A stretch of DNA of 64,000 nt from Octopus sinensis (GCF_006345805.1 NC_042999.1:149296001-149360000), one strand, 5' to 3'. Counted from the stretch's first letter, positions 1-13,896 are shown. Numbers and translations are program-made. Notes: generated by a model from the letters alone, not told the origin.

Positions 1-814
1 GCAGTATCATATATTTGCGGATAAATCAGAGAGTAGGGGATGTGCAGTGGGTGACAGTGGAGGATTGGGAGAATGATGAACTGTGGCAAAGATGTGGATC
101 ATAGGCACATGAGACTGGCTTAAGTGAATGGAGTAACAAAGGCAGAGAGAGGAGGTGTCAATAGTGGATATGAGGTGTTGAGAATGATGGCAGATGAGAG
201 AGGTGTTAAGGATGAGACATGGTGGACCTAAGACGTAGCTCAGAGAGCAGGGAGAGATTACTGAAAGGCACAGAAAGTTGGGTGAATCGTGGAAGGTGAT
301 ATGGACAGAGATGATGAGTGAAGTTACTGGTACTACCAAAGGTGGAAGGATGAAGTATGACGAGCTGATTCTGATCTCAAATGATCGCCCCAGCTGAATA
401 GTACCTTTGTTAGAAGAGTGATGGAGGGATGAACATTAGGAAGATGAAATGATGGGGGAGGGGGTATGTTTGGTGGGGCACAGTTACACGTGTGTGTGTG
501 TGTGTGATAATCTAACTTTCCAGTTGTCGTTGTTTAGGGCCAATTTAGTCTTACAATAAAATACATTACAACCATGATCATATCATTTAATATGTCCTTC
601 TTTTCTAATACAGTAAGGGATGACTTCAAAGAGATTTCACTACTATTTCTAGCACTAATAAGTTTAGCAGTGATGTATAGCAGTAAATCCCTGTCTTCTA
701 CCCCACCCCACCACCATTACTTTATGTACATTATTCATTTGTTTTACTTCATTACTGGCCACACTCATCCTCTTTAAACACCATGGAAACTGAGATAATC
801 ATGTATGTATCTGT

Positions 815-846
<32 letters not shown>

Positions 847-1049
847 AGCCTTGTCTTGGCATCACATGATGGTTATGAACGAGCATCATCAACACACAGA
901 TATTGTTGTCCAGTCCCTGTTTACCATGAAAAACACAACTGTCCATGGGTGAAAAGGGTCAAGGTTGGTGACAGGAAGAGCATCCAACTGTAAAAAATCT
1001 CTCTCAACAATTTCCGTCTGTCACATGGAAACATGGAAAAATGGACATT

Positions 1050-1300
1050 ATGTCTCACTACCATGCAGCATTGCAGTCTCAACTCAAGCATCGTACAATC
1101 TGCCCTTCACTCTGGGGAAAAAGACCTTGTTGCCATCAGTGGTAGTAGCTCCCTGAACTTTTTCCAGCCCATTCTTACTCTGACTACTATACTTTCAGAG
1201 CAATTACTTCCCTTGCTGATGACATCTTTCAGGTAGCAAAAGCTATCAACTACTTCCAGTGAACCATCCAGGCATTCAAGGGGTTCTATTTCTGGTATGT
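1050..1300 (-). mobile_element. RTE-clade LINE fragment (RT C-terminal region), decayed
   Basis: Minus strand reads LECLDGSLEVVDSFCYLKDVISKGSNCSESIVVRVRMGWKKFRELLPLM, then after a frameshift KGRLYDA*V..AMLHGSET. This matches the RTE pattern 'V..F.YLG..I ... R...GW..F ... MLYG.ETW'. Confidence 0.85.
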
Positions 1301-2110
1301 TCAGTTCATGGAACATTCCAGTGTATTTATCATATTTGAATCTTATGTTCTCCGATAGTCTGCTTGTGGTTTCACTACATCTCTAGTGCATGTGTGCGTG
1401 CATGTGTGTGTGTGTGTGCATTTGTGTGTAAACGGTGGAAGTCTAATAGCAAGAAACCATTGACGAGAGGACGGCAAACTTGTTAAGCAACAATAGAATC
1501 AGGTTACAGGATCGAGCAATCAGACATTGAGTAGAGAGCTTAGGTGAACACTTTTTTTCTCTTTTAAACAACTATGCACATACCAATGGCACGAAAAGCA
1601 AACCCCCGCCACACACAAACAAACACACACACACACACAAACTGCTAACTGCATTTTTATGAGTTTAGTTTGTCTTGTTTTTTTTCTTCATTTCTTAGTT
1701 TTATGTTGTAATTACATATTTACTAAAACCAACTGGAGAACCATCAATTAGTTTAAGAACAGCGGTAAGGCATGTATAGTTACAGATGTATTGGTCGGCA
1801 GGAAGGAAAAAAAGAATACCATCTATTTCAATATACTTTCTTTCTTGCTCTTCAATCCAGACTTGCATATTAAGTTGTCTACATAGCTATTAATGCATAA
1901 CAGCCAGAAAACATGAGAATTTCAGTAATCTCACACACATATCATCATATATTCAACCATTGAAGTTAGAGCTATTTTATTGCATGGCAAACCCTCAACT
2001 TAAATCACAAAGTGCCATACTTTATTTTCTAATCAAATTACTTCTCAACACAGCAGTCACCAATGAACTTCTGCAGTAGTTGATAAATCAATCATTATTA
2101 TTATTATTTA

Positions 2111-2930
2111 AGGTGGTGAGCTGGGAGAATCGTTAGCATGCTGGGCAAAATGCTTAGTGATATTTTGTCTGCCGCTATATTCTGAGTTCAAATTCCACTG
2201 AGGTCAACTTTGCTTTTCATCCTTTTGGGATTGATTAAATAAGTACCAGTTGAACACTGGGGTTGATGTAATCGACTCAACCCCTCCCCCAAATAGCTGC
2301 CCTTGTGGTAAAATTTGAAACCATTATTATGATTATTATTATTATTATTTTTAAGGTGGCAACCTGGCAGAACCATTAGCATGCCAGGCAAAATGCTTAG
2401 TGGCATTTCATCCATTTTTATGTTGCGAGTTCAAATTCTGCTGAGGTTGACCATTCATCCTTTCAGGGTCAATGGATTAAGAACCAGTTGAGCACTGTGG
2501 TTGATGTAATTGACTTAATCCACATCCCTGAAATTGCTGTCTTTGTGCCAAAATTTGATGCCATTATTATTAATGTGGTGAGCTGATAGGATTGTTAGCA
2601 GGAGAAAATGGGCAGTAACATTTCTTCTTATTACATTATGTTCTGAGTTCAAATTCCACTAAAGTTGACTTTACCTTTCATCCTTTTGGGGTTGATACAA
2701 TAAATACCAGCTGAGCATCGGGGGTGGGGGTCAATGTAATTAACTTAGCTCTCCCCTCAAAACTGTTGGCCTTGTACCAAAATTTTTAAAGAATTATTAC
2801 TGCAGTATTTAGTTACAGCAATTTATGTCCTGAGTTCAAACCTTGCCAAGGTCAACTTTACCTTTCGTCTCTCTGGGGTTGTTACAATAAAGTACCAATG
2901 TAGAACTGGGATAGATTTAAATAACTGTTT
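2111..2930 (+). mobile_element. Head-to-tail array of about 4 copies of SINE family B with (ATT)n tails
   Basis: Repeated unit ggtggtgagctggcagaatcgttagc...gagttcaaattcc (B-box-like)...gcctttcatcctttcggggtcgataaaataagtaccag...aaaatttgaaaccattattat. Copies start at about 2111, 2354, 2574 and 2810. Confidence 0.85.
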
Positions 2931-3516
2931 TCTGCTGTTAAATCTAGGGTCACAAGCCTTGTATTAATTTACAATGTAGTAACTGCTCAAATTAAGACAC
3001 TGCCAATTATTGGTTATGTGGCATATCTGTTACCAGGCAAATTCTAGTGATAATTGACGATAATAATCTTCTTTGGTTGGCTGATGTTAAAGTACAATTA
3101 GCTTCTGTGTTATGCACATAACTTTGTTATAATCTGCATCTTCGAAAAATTCTCTGTTGTTACTTGATCTATTTGAAATAGCAACTAAATCTCAAATTAT
3201 CACAACATGCTCTCTTATAAAGAAAAAATAATGTACACATTGGACAATATAGTCCTAGATACACAAAAGATGGGATGGTTGTGGCTGGAGTGCTTTTGAG
3301 GTTTGATCAGGACTAACTTGGGTGAAACACCAACAACACTAACCCTTTTTATGACAACATGGAAATGAAAAAATAACATATATATTAAATGTTATTTTTT
3401 GTATAATTTTCAAAACTTTTCATAAATGTAGGTATGGTTGCATGATTAAGAAGCTAGCTTTGCAATCATGGGTTCTAATAAAATAAATATACACAGATTA
3501 TAAAAATAATATAAAA

Positions 3517-3700
3517 AATATTGGGCCTGATGGAGGTAAAGTGGCTGAGTTCCTTTGAAGCATTGGGCCTGATGGAGGCAAAGTGGTTGAGTTCCTTTCA
3601 AGTGTTGGGTCTGACGGATGCGAGGTGGTTGAGTTCCTTTTGAGCACTGGGCCTCATGGAAGCAAAGTGGCTGAGTTCCTTTATAAGTATTGGGCCTTGA
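3517..3700 (+). repeat. 42-bp tandem repeat (4+ copies) at the 5' junction of an RTE 3' end
   Basis: Unit aagcattgggcctgatggaggcaaagtggttgagttcctttc at about 3517, 3559, 3601 and 3643. The last copy runs into RTE-like ttgggccttgagtaggcaatgaccaagatctttggcgttatg and then the family 3' UTR to about 3990. Confidence 0.85.
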
Positions 3701-5125
3701 GTAGGCAATGACCAAGATCTTTGGCGTTATGTTGAGCATGAGAAGATGACCCATCAAGTCAAGCAAAATCGTAGTTATGGCAGACACCAGTGACACGCAA
3801 ATGGCACTTGTGTTGGTGGCACGTAAAAGCACCTGTTACACTCTTGGAGTGGTTAGCTTTAGGAAAGGCATCTAGCTTTAGAAAACCATGCCAAATCAGA
3901 CCGGAGCCTTGTGCATCCTTCCAGTGTTCCAGCCCAGTCAAATTGTACAACCCATACCAGCATTGACAACAGACATATGATGATGATGAGTACAATACTG
4001 TTTCTACTTCATGGATTTTCATTTACAGCGGGAGGTTTCTGAACCTAACAACCGCGATAGTCAAGAGATTACTGTATATCTGTTATAAGGTGGCATGTAG
4101 GCAGAAGTGCTTGCACACCGAGCAAAATGCTTTATGGCATTTCATCCATTTTCACATTCTGAGTTCAAAATCCATCAAGGTCGACTATACCTTTAATTCT
4201 TTTGGTGGTGGTGGTGGTGGGGGGGCTCAATAAAATAAGTACCAGTTGAACACTGGGGTCAATATGATCGACTTAGCCACCATCCCCACCTTCACAGCAA
4301 AATCGCTGGCCTTGTGTCAAAATTTGAAGCCAGCATATTCTTTTACTCGTTTTGGTCATTGACAGCAGCCATGCTGGAGTACCCCCTTGAAGTGTTTTTG
4401 ACAAACAATTTGACCTCAGGACTTCTTTGCAAGCCTGGTACTTATACATAAACACACCAGCACCAGGTGTTAAGCAATGATGAGTGGGGGGGGGGGTCAA
4501 ACACAGACACACACATATGACAGGCTTCTTTCAATTTCCATCTACCACAAGGCTTTGATTGGCCTGAGTCTAGTCTATAGTAGAAGACATTTGCTTAAAG
4601 TGCCATGCAGTAGGACTGAACCTGGAATCATGTAGTTGGGAAGCAAGCATATTATCACACAGCCATGCCTGATTTTGTTTTTTATATTTTCATGTTATAG
4701 AATGAAGATCACAATGCACTGCCTGGTCTGGGAATTGAAATCACTATCTTAGAACAATGAATTAAATACCCAAACCATTAGGTTACACACCTTCACGTGA
4801 TTTTATACAACCAGGTTAAATAGGAAAAAAAAAAAAAAAAAAAAAATTTCAAAGCAGGAAATTGCTCAAATTTCATTACAGATTCTGATGTTTATAAGTT
4901 TATCAAAGATAAGTTTAAATAAAAACAGATTTTTTTTCTTCTCTATTTCAGATTGTTAAAACAGGAATGAATTAGATACTCCTTGAAATAAATTTAGCAT
5001 TTATTTTGCTTGTCTCCCACATAGAGATAGATTCCCCTCCCACATTGAAATAGTTCCTAATCTAATTATTATTATTATTATCATTATTACTATTATTATT
5101 ATTATTATTATTATGATGATGATGA

Positions 5126-5298
5126 TGGTGAGCTGACAGAGCCTTTTAGCATGCTAGACAAAATGCTTAGCAACATCTCATCAATCTTCACGTTTTGAGC
5201 TCAAATTTGGGATCAAGTACTGGGGTCAAAGTAACTGAATTATCCCTCCTCTCAAAAACTGCTAGCCCCGTGCCAAAATTTGAAACCATTATTATTAG

Positions 5299-5329
<31 letters not shown>

Positions 5330-6600
5330 AGACGCTGTACAGTATACAATATCATGAGGTTGTTGATTGAGGATATTGTGTCTACTGGGGGTTTGTACTA
5401 TTTGTTAAGTCATAACAAGGACCTCAGACAGACAGTACTTTACACAATATGCGTGCAATTCCAAGTAATGCCGACTTTTGCAATACACCTAGATTGTAGG
5501 GTATCTCTAAGGTTTTCAGATGTTTTTTCAGGTTGAGTTGTATTGAACCCAATACTCTGATGATAATAGGATGACAATATTATTATTATTATTAAGGTGG
5601 TGAGCTGGCAGAATCGTTAGCAAGCTGAATGAAATGCTTAGCGGTATTTCGCCTGTCACTATGTTCTGAGTTCAAATTCCACTGAGGTCAACTTTGCTTT
5701 TCATCCTTTTGGGATTGATTAAATAAGTACCAGTTATGCACTGGGGTCAATGTAATCAACTTACCCTCTCCCCACAAATTTCAGGCCTTGCACCTATAGT
5801 AAGAAGGATTATTATTATTATTACGGTAGTGAGCTGGCAGAATCGTTAGCACGCTGAACGAAATGCTTAGCAGTATTTCACCTGTCACTACGTTCTGAAT
5901 TCAAATTCCGTCCAGGTCGACTTTGCCCTTCATCTCTTTGGGAGTCAATTAAGTAAGGACCAATTACACATTGGGGTTGATGTAATCGACTTACTTCCAC
6001 TCCTAACATTTCTGTCCTTGTGTCTATAGTAGAAAGGCTTATTCATCATCATCATCATTTAACGTCTGTCTTTCATGCTAGCATGGATGGGATGGTACCA
6101 CAAGAGCCGACTAGGCCAAAGCCTGCACATAACATCTGTGTCTGTTTTGGCAAGATTTTTACAGCTGGATGCCCTTCCTAACACCAACCACTCAGGCTTT
6201 GAGATGGCAGAATCTTTAGCATGCTGAGCAAAATGCTTAGCAAACATTTCATCCATCTTAATGTTCTAAGTTCAAATTCTGCCAAGGCTGACTGTGCCTT
6301 CCACCCTATTGGGGTCGATAAAATAAGTACCAGTCAATACTGGAGGCAATGTAATTGACTTACCTCACCCCTGAAATTGCATACCTTGTGCCAAAATTTG
6401 AAACCATTATTATTATTTTTATTAATGTGGCAATCTGGCAGAACCTTTAGCATGCTGGACAAAATGCTTAGCGGTATTTCATCAATCTTTATATTCTGAG
6501 CTATTGGGGTTGATGAAGTAAGTACCAGTGAAATGTAACTGACTTACCCTCTATCCTGAACTTGTCGTCCTTGTGCCAAAATCTGAAACCATCATCATCA
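5126..6600 (+). mobile_element. Second cluster of SINE family B copies (about 5) with nested insertions
   Basis: Copies start at about 5126, 5595, 5825, 6200 and 6426, mostly after (ATT)n tracts. They share the body seen at 2111-2930. Confidence 0.85.
5330..5577 (-). mobile_element. 3' end of an R4/Dong-like RLE non-LTR retrotransposon with (TAA)n tail
   Basis: Minus strand reads PIIIRVLGSIQLNLKKHLKTLEIPYNLGVLQKSALLGIARILCKVLSV*. This is the 'P.IIGALG...LQK.ALLG.A.IL..VL' C-terminus of R4/Dong-type ORFs, followed by a short UTR and (TAA)n. Confidence 0.8.
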
Positions 6601-6811
6601 TCGTCAAAGTAATCACTCGCCATATTGCAGTTTACCTATTGCACCCTCAGTACATTGTGGGTTTTTCTGGCTAATATATGTAAATTTATATTGTAGACTC
6701 CTCAGTATATCACAGGTTTCTGCAGCTGATAGGTATTTATATTTTTTTTAGATTTTAATTATTTCTGTCGTAAAATAAGCATTTCCATGCCTAAAAATTA
6801 ATAAATTGATA

Positions 6812-7177
6812 AATAACAAGAGCACTCAGAGAGCGCAAACCTCTGCCAAGGTAATGCCAATATCCTCTCAATGGAGATGATTTTTAAAATGAGAATATCT
6901 GAAATAAACTTGACTGCTCTCAGAAATGAGAATACTAAAAATGAACCTGACCGTTCTCAAAAATTAAGTAAGAAAAAACAGGAAAAATAATCCAGAATCT
7001 TTGTCTGGTACCAGATCGATCCTAAAATCTAATCAGTTTGTGCCAGTCATGAGGCCAAACATTCCTGAAAGTTTCATCAGAACCCATCCAGTGGTTCTTG
7101 AGTTATCTTGTCCATGGACAAATGAACAAAGACAACTGAAAACAATACCTCTGCCTTCGCTAAGGCAGAGGTAAAAA
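6812..7177 (+). mobile_element. Helentron/HINE-like non-autonomous rolling-circle element
   Basis: Starts aataacaagagc. Subterminal acctctgcc (about 6839) is repeated in a terminal hairpin tacctctgcctt-cgct-aaggcagaggta (7146-7173). Contains an internal aagtttcatcag motif and has A/T-rich ends. Confidence 0.65.
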
Positions 7178-7439
7178 TAGATACAGTACTGCACTGTATA
7201 ACACATTAATTAAAATATAAAAAAAATACATAGAGTACCGTAGATGAGTAAACAAAGAATTGTACATACTGTATGGAAAGCAAAACTCAGAAGGTGAGTG
7301 TGTGATGTTGTTTTGCTTTTATAATAAATAGATATTTGATAGGTGAACCATGATGTACTGAGGGAGCGATAGGTGAACTGTGATAGGGTGATTGATTACT
7401 ATGATGATGATGATAATAATAATAATAATAATGGTGGTT

Positions 7440-7855
7440 TCAAATGAGGGAAAGTGAAATGGCAATTTTGAGAAGGACGGAGAGAGCAATATGTGGTGTG
7501 AAACTACTGGATAAAAAGAAAGCTGAGGACTTGATGGGGATGCTGGGGTTGGAGGAATTGGTGGAACAGCTGGCAAGGGCAAATGGAGTGTAGTGGTATG
7601 GACATGTGTTGAGGAGGGATGAGGATCATGTACTGAGGAGAGTGCTTGAATTTAAAGTGAATGAACCGTGAAAGCGAAGTCAACCAAAGAAAATGTGGAG
7701 GGGATGGGTGGAGGAGGAGATTGGAAGGGTTGGCTTAAGGAGAGAGGACGCCCAAAACCAGGTGAGATGGTGTGAGAGTGGTTGCTGTAAGAGTAAGGTA
7801 GATCGGGCCACCTCTGTTGACGGGGCCAAACCTAGATTTAAATTATTGGAATTCA
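7440..7855 (+). mobile_element. RTE LINE 3' fragment (second subfamily)
   Basis: Reads MAILRRTERAICGVKLLDKKKAEDLMGMLGLEELVEQLARANGV*WYGHVLRRDEDHVLRRVLEFKV...QPKKMW, containing the RTE 'W.GHV.R' motif. In-frame stops are present. Confidence 0.85.
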
Positions 7856-8966
7856 TCATCATTTTATAAATTATAAAAATAATTAAAAAAATATATACAT
7901 AGGTGCATTGCTTACCAACCACATGGTTCCGGGTTCAGTCCCACTGCATAGCACCTTGAGCAAGTGTCTTCTACTATAGCATTGGGCCGACCAAAGCCTT
8001 GTGAGTGGATTTGGGAGATAGAAACTGAAAGGAGCCTGTCATATATATGTGTGTGTGTGTATGTGTGTGTGTGCGTCTGTGTGTGTGTATATGTTTGTGT
8101 CTGAGTTTGTCCCTCCACCATCGCTTTGACAACCGGCATTGAGATAGATCCAGCCACGCCCTATTAATGGGAACAAAACTCAGATTTAAAACACTGGATG
8201 ATGATGATGATATATGGGTTAACAAGGACATCAAGGAGTAGAAACCATGCCAAAACAGACATTTGGATCCTAGTACAGCTCTCGGTCTTTCCAGCTCCTG
8301 TTAAATTGTCCAACCCATGCCAGCATGGAAAACAGATGATGATGATGTTTCTTTTCTAGAAAACATTTTTTTGATTTACTGTTCTGTTTTAAACAGTTGC
8401 TTATACTTCTAGGTTTCATAATAGGGTAACACCAGGATGTCAGAAGGTATATAAGGTAAGAAGGGGGAGACAAATAAACAAAGAGCGTTTACATAACCCC
8501 AATAGCTCTCATGACAAGAGAGCAAGGGTAGGTAATCGATAGCATTGCCCACCACACCTCATCCAGTGTTCTTAGGTAACACCCAAATGTTTGTATAATT
8601 TTTAAAAAATATAAAATAATATTAGATTCATCGAAAGACAAGATTTCATTAGTAAAACTATTTTTTGTAAGGCGGGAGGATAAAACCCAGTAGAAAGCAA
8701 ACAAGCATAAATTTAGTGGAGGGGAGGGGGGAGAAACTTATTAATAAACTCTTGCACAGTGACACCTTATGGTAGTAATAGCAGGAAGCCCTCAAGTTTT
8801 AAGTCTCTCGAATCAAGTAAAAGGAGAGGATTTGTACTAATAACATTTGTAGCCCACCCAGAATGGTGAAATTAATATGGCTGATTCTCAGAATGAATGT
8901 TTGTAGGAAAAAAAATATGTAAGAGAAGGACAGGTCTGAATGCTTTAAGCAGAGTGAACTCCAGTA

Positions 8967-9227
8967 AATGAACCCATGGATTAGGGAGCAGTGTGTTAAA
9001 TGGGGGTTATGCTGTTATGTCTATCGCGTTTCCGTTTCTAGGACAATGGAAAGGAAAAAAATAATAATTGCAAACAGGTTAAAGAGGTACAGATGTAACT
9101 GAGTGGTTAAGAAGTTTTAGGTTCAGTCCCATTGTGTAGCACCTTGTGCAATTGTGTTTTATTAAAAGCCCTGGGCCAACCAAAGCTTTTGTGTGGATTT
9201 GGTAGATGGAAACTGAAAGAATCCCAT

Positions 9228-9267
<40 letters not shown>

Positions 9268-9894
9268 TGTGTATACCCTTGTCCTGATGTCACACAATGG
9301 TCATGAATGAACCCATGGATTAGGGAGCAGTGTTAAATGGGGGTTATGCTGTTATGTCTATTGCTTTTCCATTACAAAGACAATGGAAAGAAAAAAAATA
9401 ATAATTGCAAACAGGTTAAAGAGGTACAGGTGTAACTGAGTGGTTAAGAAGTTTTAGGTTCAGTCCCATTGTGTGGCACCTTGTGCAATTGTGTTTTATT
9501 AAAAGCCCTGGGCCAACCAAAGCTTTTGTGTGGATTGGTAGATGGAAACTGAAAGAATCCCATCATGTGTGTGTGTTGTGTGTGTGTGTGTGCGTGTTTG
9601 TGTATACCCTTGTCCTGATGTCACACAATGGTCATGAATGAACCCATGGATTAGGGAGCAGTGTTAAATGGGGGTTATGCTGTTATGTCTATTGCTTTTC
9701 CATTACAAAGACAATGGAAAGAAAAAAAATAATAATTGCAAACAGGTTAAAGAGGTACAGGTGTAACTGAGTGGTTAAGAAGTTTTAGGTTCAGTCCCAT
9801 TGTGTGGCACCTTGTGCAATTGTGTTTTATTAAAAGCCCTGGGCCAACCAAAGCTTTTGTGTGGATTGGTAGATGGAAACTGAAAGAATCCCAT

Positions 9895-9936
<42 letters not shown>

Positions 9937-10702
9937 TGTGTATACCCTTGTCCTGATGTCACACAATGGTCATGAATGAACCCATGGATTAGGGAGCAGT
10001 GTTAAATGGGGGTTATGCTGTTATGTCTATTGCTTTTCCATTACAAAGACAATGGAAAGAAAAAAAATAATAATTGCAAACAGGTTAAAGAGGTACAGGT
10101 GTAACTGAGTGGTTAAGAAGTTTTAGGTTCAGTCCCATTGTGTGGCACCTTGTGCAATTGTGTTTTATTAAAAGCCCTGGGCCAACCAAAGCTTTTGTGT
10201 GGATTGGTAGATGGAAACTGAAAGAATCCCATCATGTGTGTGTGTGTGTGTATACCCTTGTCTTGATGTCACACAATGGTCATGAATGAACCCATGGATT
10301 AGGGAGCAGTGTTAAATGGGGGTTATGCTGTTATGTCTATTGCTTTTCTGTTTCTAAGACAAAATGGAAAGAAAAAAAAAGAATAATAATTGCAAACAGG
10401 TTAAATAGGTACAGGTGTAACTGAGTGGTTAAGAAGTTTTAGGTTCAGTCCCATTGTGTAGCACCTTGTGCAATTGTGTTTTATTAAAAGCCCTGGGCCA
10501 ACCAAAGCTTTTGTGTGGATTTGGTAGATGGAAACTGAAAGAATCCCATCATGTGTGTGTGTATACCCTTGTCCTGATGTCACACAATGGTCATGAATGA
10601 ACCCATGGATTAGGGAGCAGTGTTAAATGGGGGTTATGCTGTTATGTCTATTGCTTTTCCATTACTAAGACAATGTAAAGTAAAAAAAGAAAAATAATTG
10701 CA
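8967..10702 (+). repeat. Tandem array of a 310-339 bp unit (5 full copies plus 1 partial), each carrying a decayed SINE
   Basis: Unit start aatgaacccatggattagggagcag at 8967, 9306, 9637, 9975, 10285 and 10596. Length differences are mostly in the internal (GT)n. Confidence 0.97.
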
Positions 10703-11280
10703 GCTAACTGTCACATGACACTATCTAAACTTCAACTGACCAACAGAGGGGAAGGACGTGTAGTTCTGGCCCACGCCCTCTCTAAACTTACCTTCCAATA
10801 GCGTCGTGTTAGTTTCAGTCACTTTCTGCCAAACTGCTTGGTTAAAGAACATAAACAGACTAACATCGGTTTTCAAGCAATGGTGGAGAAACACAGACAC
10901 ACATATATGATGATTTTCAAATGGTTTCCATCTACCAAATTCACTGACAAGGTGTTGGTCAGCTTGGGGTTATAGTAAAAGATGCTTGCCCAAAATGCCA
11001 TGCAGTGAAACTGAACTGGAAATCACATGGTGGCAAAGCAACCTTCTTAACCACATAACCATATCTGCACCTCGCTATTTCAAAAATTGGAACATTTGAG
11101 TGAGATGTGGTCGTCTGACCCATCTAAGAGGGCAGTAACTCCAAATAAGAACTGACTTTACGGTGTCATAAGCATCCAAACCAAGCCAGGATGGTAAAAC
11201 AAACATGAGGATGAATATGATGATAATAAAGATGACAACGATGGTAAAGATGATGACAAAAATGATGATGATGATGATGG

Positions 11281-11730
11281 TATAATAATAATAATAATAA
11301 TAATGAAATTATTGTATACAGTGCTCAGGTGCACCACAACTTGTCAGAAAGTGCATATAAAGTATATGCAGTAATGTACAAATGTCTGAAAAGCGAACAA
11401 TGTATGAGTCAGATACATGCTTGCGTGTGTATGGAGGGGAGAAAATCAGGTGTAGTGTTGGCGAATCTCAGAAAGCATGGAAGTTTTGAAGGATGCAGTG
11501 CTCTGACAACTAACAACTGATGCTGGCAGTTTGTTCCATGCTTCAGCAACTCTCAGCATGAAAAAATGTTTCCGAAAGTCATGGGAGCTGTGCTGTTTTC
11601 TGACTTTGTAAATATGTCCACGGGTGTTAGACAGGTGGAGTTTGAAAAGGTGCTCAGAGTTATTGTTTGTAAGATGGCTAATAATTTTATGGGTGTCTGC
11701 CAAGTCAGCTGCCAGACGTCAGAGTTTCAA
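11281..11730 (-). mobile_element. CR1-clade LINE 3' end, 5'-truncated, (ATT)n tail
   Basis: Reads LAADLADTHKIISHLTNNNSEHLFKLHLSNTRGHIYKVRKQHSSHDFRKHFFMLRVAEAWNKLP, with the CR1 'TRGH..K...R..FF..RV...WN.LP' motif. Near-identical to the 3' part of 53020-53775. Confidence 0.92.
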
Positions 11731-12957
11731 TGATGATAAAGATGACAAGAATGAGGATGACAGTGATGATGATGATGATGATAATGACAATGATGATGAT
11801 AATGACAAAGATGATGATGACAATGATGTGATAATATAATCATAAAATTTAATAATGTTTTCAAATGCATTAGCTGTGAAGTTAAGTCGCCACCATTGTC
11901 TAAGGATTATACCACAAATAGTCTATTCTATTACTGATGTCAATTAACTCCAGGCTAAACCTGGATTTATGATCCAAGATTTATGATCAAAGGTATTCCG
12001 GTGGTGACCGTCCTGTGATTGTTTAGGCTAAGTAAGGCTACATTATCTTACATAACCTTCCATCTTAAGATGGTAAGCTGTGATCTGAGCAATACGTAGC
12101 TGTTATTTCTAGCATGTTGAGTAACCATACAGAGGCTCCCTTGATGGGTTGCTATTACAGGAAGTAAGGAGATTAGTGAAAAGTACATAGCATTGGAGAA
12201 TGGAAGTTGAGACAGAGTTAATTAGAAATCAGCTGAGTCACATCACCGACTGGATCAGCAGCTTACAGTGACTGCATCTATAGTCTTTATGTAATGTAGG
12301 GAATGTCAGCTGGGTGGAGCTATCATCTGTCTAGCTATATATATATATATATATGAATGTGTGTGTATGTATACACATATACACACACACACACAGATAT
12401 ATTGGTGTAGGAGTTGCTGTGTGGTTAAAAAGCTTGCTTTTCCATCACACGGTCTTGGGATCAGACCGCTGCATGGCAACTCAACTTGGCACTTATTTTA
12501 TTGGTCTCTTTTGCCAAACTGCTAAGTTACAGGGATGTAAACAGACCATCACCGATCATCAAGCTGTGGTGGGAGACAAATACACACACACACACACCCA
12601 TACACACATACATCTGGCACCTTGCTGTACTCAAGTAGATGTGTCCAGCACAGCAGAATTGATACAAGTGCTGGTGCCATGTAAAAAACATTGGTGCTGA
12701 TGCCACTTTAAAAGTACTGTTGCTGGTGGCACACAAAGAGCACTGATGCTGGTGCCACATTAAAAGCACTTAGTACACTGTAAAGTGGCTGGCATTAGGA
12801 AAGGCATCCATTAACAGAAATCATGCTAGAACAGGAAATGGGGCCTGGTGCAGCCCTCGGCCTTACCAGCTTTTGTCAAACCATCCAACCTGTGCCAGCA
12901 TGGAAAATGGGCATTAAATGATGATGAAGATGATGTTGATGATGTGTGTGTGTATAT

Positions 12958-13123
12958 GTCCCTTCCTTGGACCTTTCCTTTTTCTATGTTTCTGACGAAG
13001 AGCTCTGCTCAAAATGTTAAATCCTCCTTCTTTCTTTCCTTTCCTGAGCATCCAATAACACTATACTGGTTCCACATCCTCACGTCGTTGTGTTTCCTCT
13101 TTGTTCATGTTAGGATTAACTAT
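12958..13123 (+). mobile_element. Short element with a degenerate minimal hammerhead motif (same family as 38537-38750)
   Basis: gttt-CTGACGA-agagc.tct.gctc-aAAA-tg-TT-aaat at 12988-13022. The downstream sequence aligns with the reverse complement of 38537-38680 and ends in a (TA)n tract. Confidence 0.7.
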
Positions 13124-13554
13124 AGATATATATATATATATGTATATCTATTTATACACATACACGCATATATACAACAGGCTTCTTTTCAGTTTCCATC
13201 TATAGTAGAAGACATTTGCCCAATGTGTCACACAGTGGGACTGAACCTGAAGCTGTGTGGTGTACATTTTTGATCATAGCTCCACTTGATCAGACAGAAC
13301 TATCCTAGAGCTAAACAACAACAACAGTTTGTTATAAGAGGACCAAAAAAAAACAATAGAACACAAAATATGCACTAATTTATACCCGGCTCCTGTTGTG
13401 CAAGATATTTGCAGGAAGGAATGAGTCACTGGCTCCTGTTACTTATATCATGTGAAGACCAAGTTAAGTGGATTGTGTTACTTCATTGATAAATAGTTGA
13501 CCCCACCACCATTGCCTTCCTCTCTCTTTCATTTACTGATGAAGGAACGTTTTT

Positions 13555-13799
13555 ACTACACACATATGCAGGTGCATGCATACACACACACATACATGCA
13601 TAGGCACACATTTACTACCTACCTACAAATATGTGTGTGTGTATATATAGCGATACATATACATATATATCTAGATACATATGCACACACACAATACACA
13701 CATATATAAATACATATGCACACACACACATACATATACATACACATGCGCACACACATGTACATACATATAAATACACACATATATGTATATACATAT

Positions 13800-13896
<97 letters not shown>

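Noticed and set aside
8967-10702. Retrozyme-like tandem array (unit size fits)
   Set aside because: The unit has only cctgatgt, not CUGANGA, with no GAAA or stems in register. The motif belongs to the SINE body.
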